From Octopus vulgaris (lineage: Eukaryota): 64,000 nucleotides of DNA. Shown piece after piece: positions 56,113-64,000 of the stretch. The DNA lies in the NCBI GenBank assembly GCA_951406725.2, contig OX597825.1:82522001-82586000 (forward strand), given 5' to 3'. Within the stretch, counting starts at the first letter, position 1. Each line of letters begins with the position of its first letter. A model generated the notes under the pieces. That model saw only the letters and a program-made list of their open reading frames with translations, did no database searches and was not told the origin of the DNA. The position numbers and the translations under genes were made by a program.

Positions 56113-57547
56113 TGATTTGCAACATATTTGTTGTTTCAACACATCGCTCTGCCGTGTAAATCTAATAAAGAGCTTACCTTACGCATTCTCCAATATCAAA
56201 AATATTAGATTTGAAATACTAAAACATTTGTTTTGCATATAAGCTATATTTTGTCAGCTAATTAGGTTTAAAAGATGCTTTCAGAATATATTTCCCACAT
56301 AATGAAAACCCGTATAGAAATTACATTAGTGTTAATATGCGGATTATAGCTTAATGTGCTCTATCAGACCAATAGCAAAGACGTGTAAGTTGATTGAATG
56401 AAAATGTATTTATATCATTTATAAGAAAGCCATCAGCGTAAACAATATGTACAAGTGTAGCATATAAATATATATTTTTTATATGCGCATTATATCCACA
56501 CAAGTTTGTAAATAGTCAGCTGTAAGACAATGTAGGTTACATATTTGTTTCTTGTCTTCTGTTGAAGAAATATTTAAAAGTTTTACTAGAATGTAACATA
56601 TTATAATATTTTCACAAAATAAATATAAGAGAGTGGTCACTATATTGATCACCCTAGCACCAGTTAATCCAAAAGGTTTCAACCACGAAAAATACATGTT
56701 TCCCATGAAAGCCAGTACGACTGTTAGCTCACACGGACAGGGCAAATAAAAAATAACAAAAATACAGATTATTTTGGGACAATTGTTTCGCTATTAATGA
56801 ATTAAATGTAATGAATTAAATGTATTATATATATATATATATATGGCTATGTTAGCTTATTTCTCGCTTTCAAAAATTGTAGCATAAATTGTGAATGATT
56901 CTGGGTGATATTTCTAGCAAGTCGACCCTACACATAGATTCTTCCGAGCTACTCTCTTGCCAGTTGACTTATACAATAAGGTAAGAATTTATATAAGCAT
57001 ATTCACAGTAGACGTGTGTGTTTACACATTATAATTCCCTCTGTTACGAAGAAAGCTTCTAAACTGGATGAACAAAATCTGCAGTGTTACTTTGGTATAA
57101 TTATCTGCCAGCCTGTTAGGTTCACAGATGTCGTTACCAGTTCCTCGTACAACATTAAATCTTTCCCTACCATCCAACGGTATAGTTAATCCAATATTCT
57201 ATTCGCTCTTATTTGTAGCTTAATCTACATCGAGCACGACATATTTAAGAATTTACTTCGTCCAATCATTTACTCACACACTCACAATCTCTCTCTCACA
57301 CACGCACACACACACGCACACACACACACACAGACACACACAGACACACACATACACACACACACACACACAAAACTGTAAATTTACATCAATAAATGAT
57401 GGTGTGCATCTATGGCTTGCTTCTGGCGTTACTGTTTTGTTACTGAGTTTACATAACGTCACGAATAAGTCACCAGGTACATAGAATTAGAACACCAGTC
57501 CTATATTGAGTTCATCTTGTCAGCAAGCTCAGAACGCAACAGATTAT

Positions 57548-57705
57548 TCAGTAGCTGTGTGGTAAGTAGCTTGCTTACCAACCACATGATTCCGTGTTCA
57601 GTCCCACTGCGAGGCATCATGAGCAAATCTCTTCTACTATAGCCTCAAGCCGACCAAAGCCTTGTGAGTGGATTTGGTAGACGGAAACTGAAAGAAGCCC
57701 GTCGT
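57548..57705 (+). mobile_element. SINE B, 5' half
   Basis: Matches family B up to GAAGCCCGTCG, then (TA)n. Confidence 0.85.
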
Positions 57706-58517
57706 ATATATATATGTATATATATATATTGAATCTTAAATGTCCTTTTTATTTAAGTTTCACAAAAATCTCTCTAGTTGTTTATGTACGATTTTTGAAT
57801 TTGTGAACTTTGATATATTTTATTATTTCATCTTGTCTTAAGACGTCACAAATTTAGAAAGTGGCAGATTTCTATACCTTTACAGTGCAACACATCATTA
57901 ACGTCTACTTTCTCTAAGATATACTATGAAGAGCAGGTGATACAACAGAAAACAGATTGTTAATTTTCGTAGTCGTAATAGAGAACGTTTAGATTAATGG
58001 AATAAGATGTCTTCACTCATGATCTGAAACTAATTAATATACGGTGTGGGTCCTGTCGACCCTACTTTAAATGACTTGTTTATGAATGCTGGAGGCAAGA
58101 TGTAACAGCAGCAAATTTATAAGAAAGTTATATATAACGAAATATATATATATAAGTACATACAAATCAAGGACTCTGTCGATAAAATTTGGTTACAAGA
58201 TTTCAGAAAACTTAACGGCAAGTTTGAAGTTAACAAAAGGCGTCGATGTGTCGTATAGGTTTAAGCACTTCGGTGGCAATGCGATCCTTCACTTATTCGT
58301 CGAACAATCAGAACTCATTCATACTGGTAGAAATACAAATTTATATTTGTAAAAGTAATTTATCGAATTCCTTAAGAAACATAAATTTATTTGAACTAAT
58401 AAAATGGAATGAAACAATAGTGGTATATTACAACTATGTGTCATTAACTACAGACTGACAAAAGAGAAAATATATCTGAGGCTCATTTGCTGTACTTGGA
58501 ATATTGCTTTCGGTTAT

Positions 58518-58932
58518 TTATTTCTTTATTGCCCACAGGGGCTACACATAGAGGGGACAAACAAGGACAGACGAAGGGATTAAGTCGATTACATCCACCC
58601 CAATAAGTAAGTGATACTTATTTAATAGATCCTTAAAGGATGAAAGGTAAAGTTACCTCGGCGGGATTTGAACTCAGAACGTAACGACAGTCAAATTACC
58701 TATTTCTTTACTACCCACAAGGGGATAAACACAGAGAGGACAAACAAGGAGAGACAGACGGATTAAGTCGATTACATTGACCCTAGTGCATAACTGGTAC
58801 TTAATTTATCGACCCCGAAAGGATGAAAGGCAAAGTCTACCTCGGCGGAATTTGAACTCAGAACGTAGCAGCAGACGAACTACGGCCACGCACTTCGCTC
58901 GGCGTGCTAAAGTTTCTGCCAGCTCGCCTCCC
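58518..58932 (-). mobile_element. SINE A with duplicated body
   Basis: One head and two body modules. Confidence 0.88.
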
Positions 58933-58957
58933 TAACCTCAATATATTACTGGTATAT

Positions 58958-59282
58958 CTTAAAGACTCCGCCGGTTACGACGACGAGGGTCCCAGCTGAC
59001 ACGATCAACGGAACAGCTTGCTCGTGAAATTAACGTGCAAATGGCTGAGCATTCCACAGACACGTGTACCCTTAACGTAGTTCTCGGGGATAATCAGCGT
59101 GACACAGAGAGTGACAAGGCTGACCCTTTGAAATACAAGTACAACTCATTTTTGCCAGCTGAGTGGACTGGAGCAACGTGAAATAAAGTGTCTTGCTCAA
59201 GGACACAACGCGTCGCCGGGAATCGAACTCACAACCTTACGATCATGAGCCGAATGCCCTAACCACTAAGCCACGCGCCCTC
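58958..59282 (-). mobile_element. SINE C, young copy with TSD
   Basis: Near-identical reverse complement of 15891-16210. TSD TACTGGTATAT at 58947-58957 and 59283-59293. Confidence 0.9.
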
Positions 59283-59937
59283 TACTGGTATATATAGCGA
59301 TTTGAAATCTAAGGTGGAGGCATTTCGAACATTTTGTATATTGCGAGCGTTAAAATATTATTCACAAGGCAGAAATAATTGACAGGTAACATAAGTATTT
59401 AAAGCTCGTATTGTCAGATACGGAATGTTCACCTGTTAAACCCATCGCTAATTAGGAATTTCATTCCAGCTGAGGAATTTACCACATTTCAGTCAAGTGC
59501 TTTTAACTACACATATTTCAAAAACAAATCTACTAGAACTTAGCTTAAATTGTCTATTTATTATATCCTCCCATTTATTCTAAGTTAATGTTTGTATATT
59601 TTATTCATTCTATTTGGACAAAATACGGAATAAATTTTAAATATCCGAAACATTATTATACATTATTATTTATTAGTGAGAAACCGTTCTTTATGCTTGA
59701 ACGAATATTGGTATGTTCACCTAATCAGGCACCAAATTTAAAATTTACTTTTGCGAATCAACAAATCAGATAAACACTTCAATAACAAAATGAGTGAAAA
59801 CGTCTTCTTCTAATTAATATTAAGGATAATTAATATCCCGGATTATTTCTGACAAAATTCACGAGATATTCAGATATTATTATCTTCAGCTTCATATTAA
59901 TCCTTTCTACTATAAAAAATAATGCGTGAAAACTTTG

Positions 59938-60128
59938 AGTTGCAACATCACTGGTGCCAAGCTGTATCGGCCTTTGCTTTTCCCTTAGATAACATCAGTG
60001 GTGTCGAGAGGGAAGGCTGGTATGCTTGGGCGACTGCTGGCCTTCCATAAACAACCTTACCCGGACTTGTGCTTCGGAGGGGTAACTTTCTACGTGCAAT
60101 CCCATGGCCCTTCATGAACGAAGGGGCT
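59938..60128 (+). mobile_element. Interspersed repeat family E fragment
   Basis: Similar to the reverse complement of 46240-46410. Confidence 0.6.
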
Positions 60129-60888
60129 TTTCTCCTATGTCTTGCGGATAGATGAGAGGATGAAAGTGGTGGGGAAAAGAAGGTGAGAGATAGGTGGAGA
60201 GATAATTAATTGGCGGTCTGCAATATAATCAGTAACACGGTAAAACACTTATATACAAATTTCTTCGACAAAATATTTTCTACAGATAGAATATACATGG
60301 TTTAGATGCAAATACAAAGTACCTGGTAGAATTATCTAGCCCTGGAAATTAACCCAACACTGACTTCTTCAAAATAATCGCAATTTCTAAGGGAATCATT
60401 CGTGTGGCTATTTTTGAAAAAAAAAAAATTTGTTCCAATCATTTTCAAAATCGATGTGCTCATATGCTAAATATGCAAATGAAATTCAATTTTGCCATAA
60501 ATTGATAAATACAAAATTATTATTTTTGAAAGTCTGGAAATTTAGTGCTATTTTAACTGATCAAAATCCACAGACACATTGACAACAGTTTCCAAACTAA
60601 GAAGCTAAGCTATGCCTGCTTAAAACTACTTCAATCACATATTTTCTTTACCTGTCTATTGTCTTTGAAGATTGCCTGTTTTTTTAACGTTCGTACAAAC
60701 TCCTTTTTGTCATTTTCACCTGCATTTTTTCTTGAGAAATATATTGCCGGTTGCCGTTCTTTCACTAACTCATTTTCATAATTTTGAACTGTGTGTTTTC
60801 CTTGATCTTTTCATTCAAAACAGATGTATGTCCGCAAGCAACTCGTTTAACCTTTCAAATAATATGATAAAAGTGAAAACCTAGCGGG

Positions 60889-61060
60889 ATGCGGTTTCTT
60901 ACTTACAAGAGAAGTCTATTATCCCTAGAAGAAAAAAATTACGTACAAAAAGGGCACCCTATGAAGAAGATGCTTCGCAGTAGGATTTACTGGCCGTGCT
61001 CCGAAAAGTGTACAAAGAGTGTGTGTCTGCCTGTCAAAAAAGATAAATGGCTGGAAGGAG
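60889..61060 (+). mobile_element. Decayed Ty3/Gypsy pol remnant
   Basis: RSLLSLEEKNYVQK resembles the RNase H motif SRxLxxAEKNYSQ and is joined directly to GHPMKKMLRSRIYWP, which resembles the integrase Zn-binding region. Confidence 0.45.
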
Positions 61061-61094
61061 GCATGAAGGTGGCACCCTGCCTCTTAAGACTGTA

Positions 61095-61514
61095 TCTATG
61101 TCTTTACTACCCACAAGGGGCTAAACACAGAGAGGACAAACAAGGACAGACAAACGGATTAAGTCGATTATATCGACCCCAGTGCGTAACTGGTACTTAC
61201 TTAATCGACACCGAAAGGATGAAAGGCAAAGTCGACCTCGGCGGAATTTGAACTCAGAACGTAGCTGCAGACGAAATACCTATTTCTTTATTACCCACAA
61301 GGGGCTAAACATAGAGGGGACAAACAAGAACAGACAAACGGATTAAGTCGATTACATCGACCCCAGTGCGTATCCGGTACTTTAATGTATCGACCCCGAA
61401 AGGATGAAAGGCAAAGTCGACCTCGGCGAAATTTGAACTCAGAACGTAACGGCAGACGAAATACCACAAAGCATTTCGCCCGGTGTGCTAACGTTTCTGC
61501 CAGCTCGCCGGTAT
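61095..61514 (-). mobile_element. SINE A with duplicated body and TSD
   Basis: 13-bp TSD TCTTAAGACTGTA at 61082-61094 and 61515-61527. Confidence 0.9.
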
Positions 61515-62702
61515 TCTTAAGACTGTACCACTTTCTCTTTAATTACGGATCAAGGAACTGTCATCAGTCTGGTTTGGGGTTGAGGAACTGGAAACGATTC
61601 ATTGTACAGCTGTTGATTATGGCTGTTATGTTTTCGAAATGTGTCTGGAGAACCTGCTACGCCCGCAATCCAGTTTAGATGGGTGGTTCTGGAAAGATTG
61701 CCCAGGAAGATAAAATAGCCTTTTGAATACGAAACTACAAATCGAGGAATATTGCTTGCTATTTGAGTAATGGTTTCATAGACAAGTGTGTAGCGAAGCC
61801 AGAAATGTTTTATTTATGCGGTGCCATGGTAGAATCGCAATATACTAGACAAATGCACAGGCCAGTTGGTTCCTCAAGGAACCATTATTTTCAAGGAAGA
61901 TTGTGAAACCTACACTCACATTGCTGAAATTGATGGTTATAATTTTCGACATAAAACAGAAAACTACGGCGTTACGAAAGATGTGTCCTAACGCTATTAG
62001 TGGAAAATTGCGCATGCCCTGTGTAAAACGAGGGAATAGACGGCGCTGCGGCTCCCAATGTTCCATGGTTGACTCTGCAAGTTTATGTAGCGCAGGAGAC
62101 ACGGAAATTGCAATTTGTTTGACCAATTCCTAGAGTGTATTTCGTCGTAATGATTTACTTTCAATTTGTCTAATATCGTAATGTTGTGAGAGACAGCTAT
62201 CACGTAGAAAAGCCTGTTTTCTGATTGGGTAAAGTAGCCAAACTTTAAAACTCTCTAACACTTTTATGAAACTGTTCTGGTACAAATGAATAACATAACA
62301 AGATTCACCGTGAAACATTACATCGATATACCAAATAAGTTTCACTTAATTTTTAAAATTTCAAAACCTATGAACGAAACAGAAAATATTCGTTATGGGT
62401 AATATAGACTTAAGAGAAAAATCAGAACCTATAAAATTCTCATATGCTATAAAACGAAGAAATATTAAATTAATTCTAAATAAATACATATTTTTTAATA
62501 CCAAGAAATCATATTACGTCGGTTTGTATTAATCACGCGGAATGTATAAAACATTGATTGTTTTGAGAAGCTACCTATTTCTCATTACTATAACACTACA
62601 AAATCGTACATACATTCAGCAGTAACAACTACAACAACAAGCTACTTTGTTGATGCCATTATGTCTTTAAAATTCTGGATCATTAAATTGTATGTAGACA
62701 TG

Positions 62703-62742
<40 letters not shown>

Positions 62743-62831
62743 CACGCACACATACATACGTACGCCGCTATAGATATGTATAAAAAAAAAACGAACAAGA
62801 ACGCAACGGACGACAAGATAATATTTAGATA

Positions 62832-62887
<56 letters not shown>

Positions 62888-62896
62888 TATATGGAC

Positions 62897-63241
62897 TATG
62901 GACTCCGTGTGGGCAGTGATCTAAAAGTTTTTGTTCGTCATGATGCTGAAATAAGTTCCTTGTCTTTCCTGATGAGAAGACGGCATAATGCACCCTTTAT
63001 TCCTTCGGAATTAAGAATATGCAGTCTTCGAAACATATGTCGAGAATAAAGGAATTTTGTTAAATCGTCGTTCGACTCCATTCTTTCATTTATCTATAGT
63101 AAAAAAACACACAAATTTCCACACGAAAGCCCGTGATTTCTGCTCTTGGCATGTAGCTTCAACCGTGCTTTCTGACGTAAATTTGCTACCCGGGTATCGG
63201 TTAACCGAATTATCCATACTAGGATAATTCATTCAACTACT
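62897..63241 (+). mobile_element. Solo PLE terminal repeat, inverted copy of 51891-52235
   Basis: 345-bp reverse-complement match with few substitutions; flanked by TA and CA repeats. Confidence 0.9.
62965..63045 (+). ncRNA. Type I hammerhead ribozyme motif
   Basis: UUUC-CUGAUGA-GAAGAC(G)GCAUA...UAUGC(A)GUCUUC-GAAA-CAUAUG-UC|GAGA; palindromic stem III ACAUAUGU. Confidence 0.8.
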
Positions 63242-63244
63242 TAA

Positions 63245-63316
<72 letters not shown>

Positions 63317-63716
63317 CTATATCTATAAGATATTTATCACTCCACCCTGAAGATGGCGGTCGGGTCTACTGAATGTCTACTTTCAATACTGATTGTATAC
63401 TTTTGCCAATTATCACATCTTCCAATCGACATTATGAAATAATTCCAAACCACCAGAAGCAGGTGTAGTACATGTAGCCCCATGCCTTCTCCCTTAAATT
63501 TTCGGTATCTTTGTACATTGTGGAATTTTGGTCTGTTAAGATATATATCTGTATATTTATATATGAATATTCTTCATCTGAAAATGTTCAGTCTTTCAAT
63601 TCTCTCAACATATCTGCTTATGTTTTGTATACTAAGCATTTTTTTCTTCATTTTAGATCATTATCTCTCTCAATCTCTCTCGCTCTGTATATACACATAC
63701 ATACATGCATACATAC

Positions 63717-63775
<59 letters not shown>

Positions 63776-64000
63776 CACACACACACACACATATATATAT
63801 ATATGTACATATAATCTTTTGTATTGTTCGTATGCAGGAAATCAGAAAAAATAAACACAAACAAGCGCATGCGCATGCCGGTTACTGCTTACAGACTTGC
63901 GTGCATCAGCATGATATATATATATATACAATTCCATGTTTTACTTGAAAAGTCGATTCTAAAAGAAGGATTTTCTTTGAGATATTTTCAATCGAAATAC

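Noticed and set aside
60647-60790. Minus-strand open frame of about 50 codons ending at CAG|GTAAAG
   Set aside because: No polypyrimidine acceptor and no recognisable domain.
63345-63400. CTGAAGATG after a TA tract
   Set aside because: No downstream GAAA or stem III, so the hammerhead is incomplete.

Overview
AT-rich, microsatellite-dense eukaryotic DNA. The SINE families suggest an octopus or related cephalopod; this is inferred from recognising the repeats, not from a search. Most of the window is intronic or intergenic. It holds at least five interspersed short-repeat families (four with tRNA-like heads), decayed LINE ends (Dong/R4, CR1-like, RTE), a Neptune-type Penelope-like element (PLE), remnants of maT/mariner, piggyBac, hAT, Helitron and Gypsy elements, and long simple repeats. 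Almost all long ORFs in the supplied track are translated microsatellites. Two well-bounded minus-strand exon candidates (3478-3642 and 1860-1957) splice in frame into a peptide ending in an ankyrin-like motif, with a possible first exon near 32974-32995. The most interesting signal is a set of type I hammerhead ribozyme folds from at least four unrelated small elements sitting in TA/TG microsatellites. One pair lies on opposite arms of a chain of overlapping palindromes at 54.9-56.0 kb.
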